From: Heterodontus francisci
Lineage: Eukaryota
NCBI RefSeq assembly: GCF_036365525.1
Contig: NC_090410.1
Span: 12,754,062 to 12,818,061, forward strand
Direction of reading: 5' to 3'
Length of the DNA stretch: 64,000 nucleotides
Within the stretch, counting starts at the first letter, position 1, and the number at the start of each line of letters is the position of its first letter. Positions 37,224-49,975 of the stretch are shown here, one piece after another. The translations under genes and the position numbers were made by a program. The notes beneath the pieces were generated by a model. The model made no database searches and was not told the DNA's origin. It saw only the letters and a program-made list of their open reading frames with translations.

Positions 37224-37677
37224 CATGGCTGTCAAGGTGTTGCTACTGTTTGCTACAACTCACCAGTGTAAAAGTGGATTTGCATCACGCACAAAGCATT
37301 GTCAGTGCCTTTGTGTCGAAAACAACGGCTCAAATTATCACCTATCATTCCAAACATTAGGCACCTATGCTTGAGCAAGTAGCCTTATGTTAATGGCAAG
37401 TAATACTATTAAACCATTGTTTAAGTCGTACATGTGCATTATAATTTGTAGATCTCGTACAATGTTTGGGCATTAAAGGAGTTAAAATGTTAAACCCGCA
37501 TTCTGGTAGGTATGTGGGCAGCTGGCAGATCTCCAAGGGGATATGCAGTAAGTTAGGGAAACTCTAGCTGTAGAGGGAGCTTTTACCCTGTCTGTAACTG
37601 CACTGGGAGCATTTGATGGGACAGTGTAGAGGGAGTTTTACTCGTTATCTAACCCGTGCTGTACCTGCCCTGGAAAT

Positions 37678-38073
37678 TTTTTTTTCCTTTCATGGGATGT
37701 GGGCATCGCTAACAAGTCCAACATTTGTTGCCCATCGCTAATTGTCCTTGACAATTGCTAGACCATTTCAGAGGGCAGTTAAGAGTCAACCACATTGCTG
37801 TGGGTCTGGAGTCACATGTAGGCCTGACCAGGTAAGCACAGCAGATTTCCTTCCCTAAAGGGAATGAGCAAACCAGATGGGTTTTTATGACAATTGATGA
37901 TAGTTTCATGGCACCATTACTGAGACTAGCTTTCAATTCCATATTTTTATTAATTAATTGGATTTAAATTCCGCCAGCTGCCATGGTGGGATTTGAACTT
38001 GTGACCCCAGGGCATTAGTCTGGGTCTCTGGGTTACTAGTTCAGTGACATTACCACTACGCCACCATCTCCCC
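37678..38073 (-). mobile_element. Meta-domain-like tRNA SINE
   Basis: Reverse-complement homologue of 23957-24335, inserted among ~70-bp repeat units. Confidence 0.7.
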
Positions 38074-38945
38074 CTGTTTGATGGCGACAGTGTAGAGGGA
38101 GCTTTACTCTGTATCTAACCCATGCTGTACCTGCCCTTGGAGTGTTTGATGGGACAGAGGAGAGAGAGATTTACTCTGTATCTAACCTGAGCTGTAACTG
38201 CCCACACTATAGATTTGCATAACAGCGATGAGGATGAAGTTTATAATGGAAAGAAATCCAAGTGATATTGTTACCTTTGACCTGTGTTGTATTAACCTGG
38301 GTAGGAAACTGAGATTAAAAATGAAGAGAGAGGATTGTGTGTGTTATTTTTGGAATACAGAGGCGGTGATAATCTTTATTGAGCCTGAGAGTCATCAGCT
38401 GATGAGGAACTCAGGAATATTGCTGCATAGCTCTTATATAATGCTCCCCTTGCAGCATGTACTTTCAACGTACTGGCAGAAGTACTCAGGGTACAGAGGG
38501 AGCGAAGCATCTATACCATACTAGATCCATCTGTACCTGGCATAGCGGAGGGGCACTCCTTTCCCACTGAGTGGGTCATGCCAATTGGAAAATAGCCGAG
38601 ACCTCTAAATTTAGATTGTCCACATGTGGTTGAGCAATACCTTCGGCAGTGGGACGAGGACAGGTCCAGCATGTGTTAGCTGTGCAATGAGGTTGTGTCT
38701 GATACTCCAATGGAAAATCCTGACCGGTGAGAGGAATGTGAATCGTGGCTCAGTGTACAGAGCTTGTCAGTGAATACAACTGGGACCTGGGCCTTCAAAT
38801 GAGAGGTTAGACCGAGGACCCGTCTGCCCTCTCAGGTGGACATAAAAGATCCCACGGCACTATTTCGAACAAGAGCAGTGGGAGATCGCCATGGTGCCCT
38901 GGGTCAATATTTATCCCTCAACCAAATCCACTAAAACAGTTATAT

Positions 38946-40058
38946 AAAAGCAACATACTGCGGATGCTGGAAATCTGAAATAAAAACAAGAAATGCTGGA
39001 AATACTCAGCAGGTCTGGCAGCATCTGTGGCGAGAGAAGCAGAGTTAACGTCACAGGTCAGTGACCCTTCTTCAGAACTAGCAAATATTAGAAATGTCAA
39101 AGGTTATAAGCAAGTAACGCGGGGGTGGGGCAAGAGATAACAAAGGAGAAGGTGTAGATCGGACAAGGTCACAGAATAGCTGACCAGAAGGTCATGGAGC
39201 AAAGGCAAACAATATGTTAATGGTGTGTTGAAAGACAAAGCATTAGCACAGATAGGGTGTTAACGGACTGAAGATTGAACAGCAGCAAGTACAAATATGA
39301 AAAAAATTGTGGGTAAGCAAACTGAACAAACTAAGATGAAATAAAATAAACATACAAAAAAAATGTAAAAAAGAAAAAATAACTAAAAATAAAAGTAAAA
39401 TAGGGGGCCCGTCATGCTCTGAAATTATTGAACTCAATGTTCAGTCCGGCAGACTGTAGTGTGCCTAATCAGTAAATGAGATGCTGTTCCTCGAGTTTGC
39501 GTTGATGTTCACTGGAACACTGGAGCAATCCCAGGACAGAGATGTGAGCATGAGAGCAGGGGGAATGTTGAAATGGCAAGCAACCGGAAGCTCAGGGTCC
39601 TGCTCGCGGACTGAGTGGAGGTGTTCCGCAAAGCTGTCACCCAGTCTGCGTTTGGTCTCCCCAATGTAGAGGAGACAACATTGTGAGCAGCGAATACAGT
39701 ATACTAAATTGAAAGAAGTACAAGTAAATCGCTGCTTCACCTGAAAGGAGTGTTTGGGCCTGGGATAGTGAGGAGAGAAGAGGTAAATAGGCAGGTATTA
39801 CACCTCCTGCGATTGCAGGGGAAGGTGCCATGGGAAGGGGACGAGGTGGTGGGGGTAATGGAGGAGTGGACCAGGGTGTCGTGGAGGGAACGATCCCTTC
39901 GGAATGCTGACAGGGGAAGGGAGGGGAAGATGTGTTTGGTAGTGGCATCACGTTGGAGGTGGCGGAAATGGCGGAGGATGATCCTTTGGATATGGAGGCT
40001 GATGGGGTGGAAAGTGAGGACAAGGGGAACCCTGTCACGGTTCTGGGAGGGAGGGGAA
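38946..40058 (-). mobile_element. Penelope-like element 3' part (GIY-YIG endonuclease and terminal repeat)
   Basis: QRFTCTSFNLVYCIRCSQCCLLYIGETKRRLGDSFAEHLHSV...PVACHFN (GIY-YIG with CCHH); interrupts a Deu-type SINE (38790-38945 / 40062-40228). Confidence 0.9.
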
Positions 40059-43000
40059 AACGGTTGATCTGGTCATTATCACAATGCTGCCTGTGGAATC
40101 TTGATGTGTGCAAATTGGCTGCCACATTTTTTACATTGCAACAGTGACTACACTTCAAAAGAACCTCATTGGCTGTCGGTATCTTGAAGCGTCCTGAGCT
40201 GGTGAAAGACGCTATATAAATGCAAGTTTGTTTTTCCTTTTTTTCTCTTTCCCTCTTTCTTTTGTTCTTTCTCCCTTTCCCTTGCACTTTCTTTTCCCGA
40301 GATGAAGCAAAGGGCCTTCGCCTGGCAGTAGCGGAACGGTAGTGGCCTCAAAAGGGCACTGGCATCCTTCCTGCACCGTCACCCCCGGCGACACGACCAG
40401 CTCCATTTTGAAAGGGGCCTACCGACGGCCGTCCAATGTACTCGCCCATTTCAGGCGATTGACCACTTTTATTATGGAAATCGGGGTTTCTCTGAGGTGG
40501 GTAGGACCCCGATCGCCATCTTAGGTCAGCTGTGATGGGAAGCTGCGCCACGCCCAGGACGTCTCAGGGTAAACCACCAGCCCCGAATCACCTCACTGCG
40601 GAATGCTCGGTGGGATCCAGCTGATTTGAGGTCGATTTAAAATGCAGTTGCTGTGCAGTACAATTCATCTTATTGAGCTCTATCAGGCCTCGGACAGAAC
40701 AGCCCACTCCCCTTGGACCACCTGAGTGGCGGAGATAATCCCTGGCTTTTCTACTCCAACCATCTTCTTCAATCCCTTCCCCCGCCCCATCCTCCCCTCC
40801 AGCAACTACAAAGAGCTCATGGACTTCTTTGCCACCAAGAGATCTCCATCTGCTCAGACGTCTCTGCTGCTGTCTCACTTCCCCTTGTCAATCAAGCTAA
40901 ACCCACACGGCTTAATCCCTGAACCGTCTCTAGTTTCTACCCCTTCCCCCATCACAGCCCTTCCCGAGGTTCATCTTATCCCCGATAACCACCCCCAGCT
41001 TTATCAAACCCATTCCCACTAAACTTTGACTGTAAAATTGTCTGACTCTGCCCCTGCCTCAGTTCATCTGCTGCTGAAACCATTCCTTTGTTACCTCTAG
41101 ACCTGGCTCTACCAACGCAGCGCTGGGGCCTCCCACAGTCTACCCTCGTGAGGTCATCCAAAACTCAGATACCCGTTCACCCATCACCGGCTCCCGGTCC
41201 GACAAAGCCTCAAATTAAAAATTCTCATCCTCGTATTCAAAACCTCTCCACCTTTCTAATTCTCTTTTCTCCTTTCAGATGCTCCTCAAAACCTACCTCT
41301 TTGACACCTGGCCGAATATCTCTTTATGTGGCTCGGTGTCAAATTTTGTTTTATAACCTTTCTGTGAAGCACCTTGGGATGCTTTATTATGTTAAAGGTG
41401 CTATATAAAAACAAGTTGTTGTTGGCCACTGATCCGTCCTTCCTGGTCTCCGCTCTCAGTCATTGTAATTGTCTCTCTATTCTTTGACATTCTCTCCTTC
41501 CCTTTCAAAAGCACTATGCTTCTCAAATACATCGTCCCTCCCACCTCTGCTCTAGTTAACTACCATTCCAACTCCAACCACCGTCCCCCCAAGGGCATTG
41601 GGGGATAATGCTGTGGCAAAGGTTACAGAGAGCTCAAAGAAGACAAAGAGGTCAAACCACAGGGGAAAGAAGTGCTTCCTGACATCACCCCTGAATGGCC
41701 TGGCTCCAACTTTAAGCTTATGCCCCCTTGTTCTGGACTGCCCCTATCCACCAGAGGAAAAAAGTTTCTCTCTATCAACTCCTTTGGTCATATACCTGAT
41801 ACCAGGTGACCCTGCAGTAAACAGGCAGCCCAAAAGCGTTAGGCACTGAGACCAGTACTGGCCCCCAGGCTTGTTTCAGCTCGCTGCACAGCAGGCCAAA
41901 AGAAGAGGCTTAATCTGTTTCTACAGACAGAGGGGGACAGACTAACATTATTTATGACACAAAGGTAGAATAATAGCCACATGTAAAGCATTAACTGACT
42001 CCTTTAGGGGGAATTGAAGTGTTCCACGCAGCTTCTGGCAGGGCCTGTTTTTTTTTTGAGTGCAGCAATTAAGACTGTGAGAAGGCTCCTGATTGCCTTC
42101 AATTGGCGCTATTTACAGCTGTCACCTCTCCAGCACCAGTGAATCGAGCTGAGGCCCCATGAGCTCCGAGGAATTGTGTTCTACAGCAAATTACAAAACG
42201 CAGTGGAACTCAAATTATCCCTGTGGGTGGAAGCAAAAAAAAAACATTTAGAATGATGTGCTCGGTAATTTAGTGGAAAGACATTAAAAAAAGCAATCAG
42301 ATATTCAACTGGGAAAGTTAGGGTACCAGATGGATGGCCTTCACTGGAATATAAGAACTGGAGAAGGCCATTCAGCCCCTTGAGCCTGTTCTGCCTTTCA
42401 GTAAGACCACGGTTGTTCTGTATCTCCACTCCATGTACCCACCTTGTTTCGTAACCCTTAGTGCCCTTGTCTGAACAAAAATCTATCAGTCTCAGCTTTG
42501 AAATTTTCAGTTGAACCCCCCCCCCCAGACTCAACAGCTTTTTTGTGGGAGAAAGTTCTAGATTTCCACCACCCTTTGTGTGAAGAAGTGCTTCCTGACA
42601 TCACCCCTGAACGGCCTGGCTCGAATTTTAAAGTTATGCCCCCTTGTTCTGGACTAGTCCCACCAGAGGAAAAAGTTACTCTCTATCTACCCCATCAAAT
42701 CCTTTAAATCATTTTAAACGCCTCAATTAGATCCTTAATTTTCTATATTCAAAGGAATACAAGTCTAGACTATGCAATGGAGGACTTGGGCCTTTTAAAG
42801 GCGCTTTATAAATTCAAATTGTTGTTGTTGAACTCAATTCTGAACCTTTTCACCGAGCCCCGACTGATTGCAGGCTCCACATTATCAGAGAGTTAGAAGC
42901 CAAGCAGGTTTCGTGTTAAAGGGTCATTGTGGGGGGAGCATTCAGATCATCAGATTAGGGAGGACTCGTCGTGACTGAGGGTTTACCGACAGATTGAGTC

Positions 43001-43199
43001 TCAGGTATAAACTAACAGCACTAATTACCGGGAGGATACTGTCAGGATTTACTGAGGATGAGGCAGCAATCCTCAATCTGGACCTTGAGCCACTTATTTC
43101 ATTACAATGCAGTTCGATTCCCACACAAACCCTGTACAGGGCCAGCGTACAGCCTACACCACTGTATGAATCAGACCGGTCCACATCAAATGGGGATTG

Positions 43200-43660
43200 A
43201 GTGAAAAAGTGAGGGAAGCAGAGGACAGTGGCAGTGGAGGAAAGAGCAAGCTAGGAAGGGAAGGAGAGAGAGACACAATGAGGAAAGGAATAAGGGATGG
43301 AGGGAGAGATAGAGGGAGGAGAAGAGATGAGCAGCAGGAGGGAGGCAGAGAGGAAGGGTGGAGAGTGGGAAATAGAGAGATGGATGGCGGGAGAAGAAAA
43401 GTGAAAGGGTAGGCAGAAAGACGCAGGAAGAGACAGGGAGATTGAGAGAGAGAAAGGGAGAGAGAGGAATGGAGGGAGAAAGAAGGCAGGAGAAAGAGCT
43501 AGAGGAGGGAGGTGAGGAGATAAGGAGCTGGAGGAATGGAGAGTGAGAAGGATGGAGAGAGGGAAATGGATGGCGAAAGGAGGAGGAGGGAGGGAGGGAA
43601 GAGAGAGAGAGGGAAATTGAGAGAAGGATGGTGGGAGAAGGAGGGAGGGAAGACGGAGCC
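43200..43660. repeat. GA-rich polypurine tract
   Basis: Almost exclusively G/A on the + strand; similar tract at 52820-53225. Confidence 0.85.
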
Positions 43661-45145
43661 TTGGCTGTCAAGAGTCCACATCCCTGGATCTTCATCCCAG
43701 GAGAGTCAGCACCTTCCAGGAAGAAGGGAAAGCAATTGTGCAACATGTGCTCTCTTTAGTCCACTCGCAAGTTACCTCGGGTTAGCCTCTCTTCCTCGGG
43801 AGCAGTGAGCAAAGACAAATGGAATGTTCTAGCCTTATGTTCCATCTCTTAACTATAGTCAGTGCCTGTTCCATGTTTAGCTGCTTGCTCAGCACACTGC
43901 AGATGAACTAGGCTGGGCACCAATACCCGGGCACCCCGCCAGACACCTAACCCAATCCAGGGTTGGCACGCGGGTAGGGAAAAGCGAGGCACCGACAGCT
44001 GCAGAAGGGGAGCCGAACCCCGTTCACTCAGTACAACAGCACATGCCAAAAAGCACTAGAGGGGAGCAAGACGGGCACTAGGACCGAGGAGGAGCTCTTC
44101 AGCCAGTGGCGAGGGTAGGATTGATTGGAGAGGTAGTTGGAGATGCGGTGTTTGGTGCATGACTGGATTAAGAGGTCTCTGCTTCAGAAAACTTTCATTG
44201 GGGAAGTCGTATCGCTGCTCTGGGCTGCGCTTGCGAACACCTTGTGCAAGGAAGCTCATTTCTGACGGGTGTTTTATAGACGGAGATGCTAACAGCTTCT
44301 GATGCTGAGCTCGTGCCACATATCCCACAGTATTTCCCGGTAAGCCCCTCGCTATATGTTGCTGTATCTTTCTCCTCCTTCACCCTCTCAATTCTCAATC
44401 AAACTTCGGGCTAACGTGTCGATCCGACAACAAGTAAAAGTGGAAAGTTTGATCAAACTTCCGAATTCTTAAAATGGTTCTGAACCTAATGGTCAATTCA
44501 GAGGAAAGAAAATACCGAGCAGAAAATGCTGGGAGTACACTGTCTGTCTGTGCCTGAGAAAGAGAGAGAGAGAGAGAATGAAAACAAAACCTCTCACATT
44601 TCCATCGCAAGGTTAGTCTCATCGAGTTCATATTGTATGACTCCCACACCACTTCCGCATTCATTATTCCCTTTTTATCCCTTCTCTCTATTCCATTCTC
44701 ATTTTAATTGCTCTTTTTCAATTCTCATTTTTTACCCTCTTTATTTCATCTCTTTATTCTCTCTTTCAACAACAACGTGTATTTAATATAGTGCCTTTCA
44801 TTTGATAAAATGTCCCAAGGTGCTTCATAGGAGTATTATAAAACAAAGTTTGACACTGAGTCACATAAGGAGAAATTAGTGTAGGTGACCAAAAGCTTGG
44901 TCAAAGAGGTAGGTTTTAAGGAGAGTCTTAAAGGAGGAAAGGAAGGCAGGGAGAAAATTCCGAAGATTAGGGCACAGGCAATTGAAGGCACGGCCACCAA
45001 TGGTGGAGTGATTACATTTGGGGATGCTCAAGAGGCCAGAATTAGAGGACCGCAGATATCTTGGAGGGTTGTGGGGCTGGAGGAGATTACAGAGATAGGG
45101 AGGGACGAGACAATGGAGGGATTTGAAAACAATGATGAGAGTTTT

Positions 45146-45490
45146 TTAGATTAGATTAGAGATACAGCACTGAAACAGGCCCTTCGGCCCACCGAGTCTG
45201 TGCCGAACATCAACCACCCATTTATACTAATCCTACACTAATCCCATATTCCTACCAAACATCCCCACCTGTCCCTATATTTCCCTACCACCTACCTATA
45301 CTAGTGACAATTTAGAATGGCCAATTTACCTATCAACCTGCAAGTCTTTTGGCTTGTGGGAGGAAACCGGAGCACCCGGAGAAAACCCACGCAGACACAG
45401 GGAGAACTTGCAAACTCCACACAGGCAGTACCCGGAATCGAACCTGGGTCCCTGGAGCTGTGAGGCTGCGGTGCTAACCACTGCGCCACT
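45146..45490 (-). mobile_element. HE1-like V-SINE inserted in an L2-type tail
   Basis: Full reverse-complement copy with (CTAAT)n tail; near-identical to 57941-58296. Confidence 0.9.
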
Positions 45491-46789
45491 TAAGATCGAG
45501 GTGTTGCTTGACCGGGGGTCAGGAGCAGTGAGCACAGGGGTGATGGCTGAACAGGACTTAATGTGAGTTAAGACAAGGGAAGCAGAGTCTTAAATGACCT
45601 CAGGTTTATAGCTGCCCAGTGTCAGCTGTGGCTCGGTTTGTAATATTCTTGCCTCTGAGTCAGAAGGTCGTGGGCTGAAATACTGAGGGAGTGCTACACT
45701 GCTGGTGGTGCTGTCTCTTGCATGAGATGTTAAACCAAGGCCCAAACTGTCCTCTCTAGTGGATGTAAAGATCCCACAACACTATTGTAAAGAAAAACAG
45801 GGGAGTTCTCCCTGGGATCCCAGCCAATATTTATCCCTTGATCAACATCACGAAAACAGAATATCTGGTCATTATTACATTGCTGTTTCTGGGAGCTTGG
45901 TCTTGAAAGGCACTATATAAATGCAGGGGGTAGAATGTGGGAGGCCAGCTGGGTGAGTCAAGGTGAGAGATAACAAAGTATGGTTGAGGTGGGGGCTGAG
46001 TAGGGTAATTCTATTCTCCATTCTCTCATTTTATTCCACTTCTCCTTTTTCCATCTCTTTATATTCTCTCCCTCTTTATTCTCCCCTGTTTTATTCCCTT
46101 GCTCTCTTCTCCCAGTCTGCTTCCCCTCGCAGTATTTTCACTGCCTGGTGCACACGGCTGTGCACATGGTGATTGCACTCCTGTTCGGGGCAAAACATTC
46201 GCGTTCCCCCAAGAAAAGGAATGGCAGTGAAGTCGCACACTATTTCACCGTGAGTCAGTTTCATCAGATGCAATCCTCAAGGTACATAAACCACGGAATT
46301 CAGGGGTCAGACTGTGGGAATGTAGGATACATGAAGCAACATTCCGCAGGGGAGCCTCACAATTCCAACACTAGACGCTAAAGCTCCACTCTTTGTCTCA
46401 CTCCCCCCCATAAACCAGTTGGTGATGTGCATCTTTTTAATGTCCACATTGCTGCAAGGTCAGGGCGGTAGGTGGGCAGGGGTCAAAGGTGAGGTGGGGA
46501 ACAGGATGGAGGTTGAGCAGGGGTCAGAGGTGATGTGGGGATGGGGCGGGGCATGATAGTGGAGTCGGGGAGTGTTGACACTATGTAATGGGTTTTTGCC
46601 ATCTACACAATGAGGATCACAGTATAGGATCCCACAGTTAGCAACCTCCAAAGAGAGGCAAGGTCAGGGCAGAGGTTTGGAAAGAGCATGGCTGGGAAAA
46701 GAATGGACCTCTGCCAGGGCAGGGTTTCTGGAATGTACGTGTGCAGGGTGTATGTGTGTTAAAGGAAAAGTATAAATACAAGCTGTAGT

Positions 46790-48130
46790 TGTTGTCTATG
46801 TGTGGTGCGTCTGTGTGTTTGTCTATCTGTCTGTGTGTCTATCCGTCTGTGTGGGTCTCTGTGTGTCTATCTGTCTGTGTGTGTGTCTCTGTGTGTCTAT
46901 TCATCTGTGTGTGTGCGTGTATCTGTTTGTGCGTGTGTCTATCCGTCTGTGTGCGTCTGTCTATCTGTCTGTGTGTGTGTCTATCCGTCTGTGTGCGTGC
47001 GTGTATCTGTTTGTGCGTGTGTCTATCCGTCTGTGTGCGTGTGTCTATCTGTCTGTGCGTGTGTCTATCCATCTGTGTGTGTGTGTATCTGTCTGTGTGT
47101 GTGTCTATCCGTTTGTGTGTGTGTGTATCTGTCTGTGTGTGTGTCTATCCGTTTGTGTGTGTATGTCCATCTGTCTGTGCGTGTGTCTATCCATCTGTGT
47201 GCGTGTCTATCTGTCTGTGTGTGTGTGTGTGTCTATCTGTCTGTGTGTGTGTCTACCTGTCTGTGTGTGTGTGTATCTGTCTGTCTGTGTGTCCATCCGT
47301 CTGTGTGTGTGTCTATCTGTCTGTGTGTGTGTCTATCCATCTGTGTGCGTGTCTATCTGTCTGTGTGTGTGTGTGTGTCTATCTGTCTGTGTATGTGTCT
47401 ACTTGTCTGTGTGTGTGTGTATCTGTCTGTCTGTGTGTCCATCCATCTGTGTGCGTGTCTATCCGTCTGTGTGTGTGTGTCCATCTGTCTGTGCGTGTGT
47501 CTATCCATCTGTGTGCGTGTCTATCTGTCTGTGTGTGTGTGTGTCTATCTGTCTGTGTGTGTGTCTACCTGTCTGTGTGTGTGTGTATCTGTCTGTCTGT
47601 GTGTCCATCCGTCTGTGTGTGTGTCTATCTGTCTGTGTGTGTGTCTATCCGTCTGTGTGTGTGTCTATCTGTCTGTGTGTGTGTCTACCTGTCTGTGTGT
47701 CCATCCGTCTGTGTGTGTGTCTATCTGTCTGTGTGTGTGTCTATCCGTCTGTGTGTGTGTCTGTCCATCTATGTGTGTGTTTATCTGTCTGTGTGTGTGT
47801 CTATCCGTCTGTGTGTGTATCTGTCTGTCTGTGTGTGTGTGGCTGCGTGTTTCTATATCTGTGTGTGTGTGCATGTGTCTGTTTAGGTGGGGGTGTAGCT
47901 ATGTTTGTGTGCCTGTATGTGTGGGTGTGTGCCTGTCTGTCTGTGTATATATCTCTGTACCTGTGTATGTGTGTTTGGGGATGGATGTGTGTGTTAGTCT
48001 CTGTGTGCGTGTGTGTCTGTGTATGTGTGGGGGGGTTGGATGGATATGTGTGTCTCTGTACCTGTGTCTGTGTGTGGGGGAGTGTGGCTCTGTGTGTGTG
48101 TGTCTGTACATTGGGGTGTGTGTGTTGTTG
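46790..48130. repeat. Compound (TG)n / TCTATC[CT]GTC microsatellite-minisatellite
   Basis: ~1.3 kb of TGTGTG runs punctuated by TCTATCTGTC/TCTATCCGTC. Confidence 0.95.
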
Positions 48131-49525
48131 GGGGGGGTGGGGGGGTGGGGTGTGCAGTTTATTTACCAAGTTATTTCATCACTGTCTCTACCTGCCAGCT
48201 ACTGATTTGTTCAGTCAGGTTAACAGTCTCATTATTCATAACAGCACGCGGTCCAGCTTTGTTGAATTGTTCATTCTCCTTCCACTCTCCACATTTCTCA
48301 CTAAATGAAGTGATGGTGACGGTGGGTCCCACACAGAAATATAAATGGGTGACAGTTCCAGAGGAGTGATTTTTAAATATCAGTGAGAAACCCAGGGGAA
48401 GAGCCATGGTCTAGAGCACAGTACAGAACCGAGGACGGAAGAGAGATGGAAAGATGAGCTAAATTAGGAGCAAGCAGGAGAAAGTTCCAGATTTCCACTA
48501 CCCTTCGTGTGAAGAAGTGCTTCCTGACATCACCCCTGAACGGCCTGGCTCTGTTTTTATGGTTATCCCCCTTGTACTGGATTTTTGTACCCGAGGAAAT
48601 TATTTCTCTCTATCTGCTTCTTGTACCTGTGCAGGCTTTTAGTGATTTCTGTATTTGGACCCTAAATCTCTCTACTCTTTCACAGTTCCTCATTTCTCAC
48701 CATTTAGACCTGCCTATCTTAGGCTCAGAGTGAATGATCTCACACTTTCCCACATTGACCTCCATCTGCCACAGTTTTGCCCACTCACTTAATCTGTCAA
48801 TGTCCCTTTATAACTTTCTGCACCAATCTACAAGATCCACATTATTCCACCTAACTTAGTGTCATCAGCAAACTTAGAAATATGGTATCTATTCCTTCAT
48901 TCAAGTCACTTATATCATGAAAAGCTGAGGCCCCCGTACAGTTCCATGGGGACACCACTGCCAACTGGAGTACACACCCATTATCCCTACTCTCTGTCTC
49001 CTATCTTTGAACCAATCCCTACCCAACTCAATCGTTTGCCTCCAATTCCATGTGCTCTCATTTATCTGAAGAGTCTCTTATATTGAATCTTGTTCAATGC
49101 CTTCTGCAAATCCATATAAATAACATCCAGAGACACTCCCTGATATATCACATGCGTTACCCCCTCGAAAAATTTAACTAGGTTTGTTACCCTTTACAAA
49201 TCCATCCTGGCTCTCCCTGAAGAGCCGATTCCCCAATGTTCTGAACAATATTTAGCCCCAACCAACATCACTAAAACAGATGATCTGGTCATTATCAGAC
49301 TGCTGTTTGTGGGAGCTTGCTGTGCAAATTGGCTGTCACGTTTCCTACAACACTTTCAAAAACTACTTCATTGACTGCAAAGCGCTTTGGGTTGTGAAAG
49401 TTGCTGAATCTTCTGAGAAAACTTGATTTTAATTATTGCCGTTATTGGAAAGAATAAACCCACCGTTTTGTTTAACAGAGGCAATGCAGAGCACCTACTG
49501 ACTTTGGAAGGAAAAGACTGAAACG

Positions 49526-49975
49526 ATGGAAAATCTGCGGGAGCTTCAGAGCCCCCTGTTGGGAAAGCAGACGAGCGGCAAACCATTTAGTCACGTATTG
49601 CTCAACCAAAAGGCAGCCCAGGAGGAACTTTCATCTCCCCAGGACAGAGCTGGCCTCTCACCAGTGCCCATCTGGAGCTACCTGGTTCAGGGCAAGTCTC
49701 CCACCAGCATGGACTCCCAGCTAGTCCCACAGCACCTGGACACCTGTTCACTGCAGAACACTGTGGAGTCTCTGTACAGACCGAGCCTGATGCTCTGTGC
49801 AGACCCCAGAGTCTGGGCAAGCCTGAAAGACTGCACTGAGACCACTTTCACTGAGACTGGGGAGCAGGAGATCGGAAACTCCATGGAGCCCAAGGTTCTG
49901 GATCCTGAAGCAAGTCAGGTGAAAGTTCCAACTGTCTCGATCGATGTGGAGGACCTTCCCTTTCTGGAGACACAG
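49526..49975 (+). CDS. TMEM91: TMEM91 / SynDIG-family protein, first coding exon (exon starts ~49479)
   Basis: Acceptor tttaacag|; MENLRELQSPLL...LQNTVESLYRP...DCTETTFTE...VSIDVEDLPFLETQ|gtaaat; 450 nt, phase 0; symbol from synteny with B9D2/EXOSC5 plus diagnostic residues. Confidence 0.85.

Larger units (their letters stand above)
33986..37567 (+). mobile_element. Decayed hAT (Charlie/Buster-like) transposon with nested inserts
   Basis: Imperfect TIRs TATGGGTTCACAAACT / AGTTAGGGAAACTCTAG; flanks GTGTAGAC/CTGTAGAG; dimerisation-domain remnants LSIKEQ..L.DLSTDG...LGEFW (~36416-36515) and NMAVKVLLLFATTHQCKSGFAS (~37222-37290). Confidence 0.75.

Noticed and set aside
46789-48308. Long Cys/Val-rich ORFs (365, 467 and 502 aa)
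   Set aside because: Translation of a stop-free (TG)n compound microsatellite, open in all three frames; not a gene
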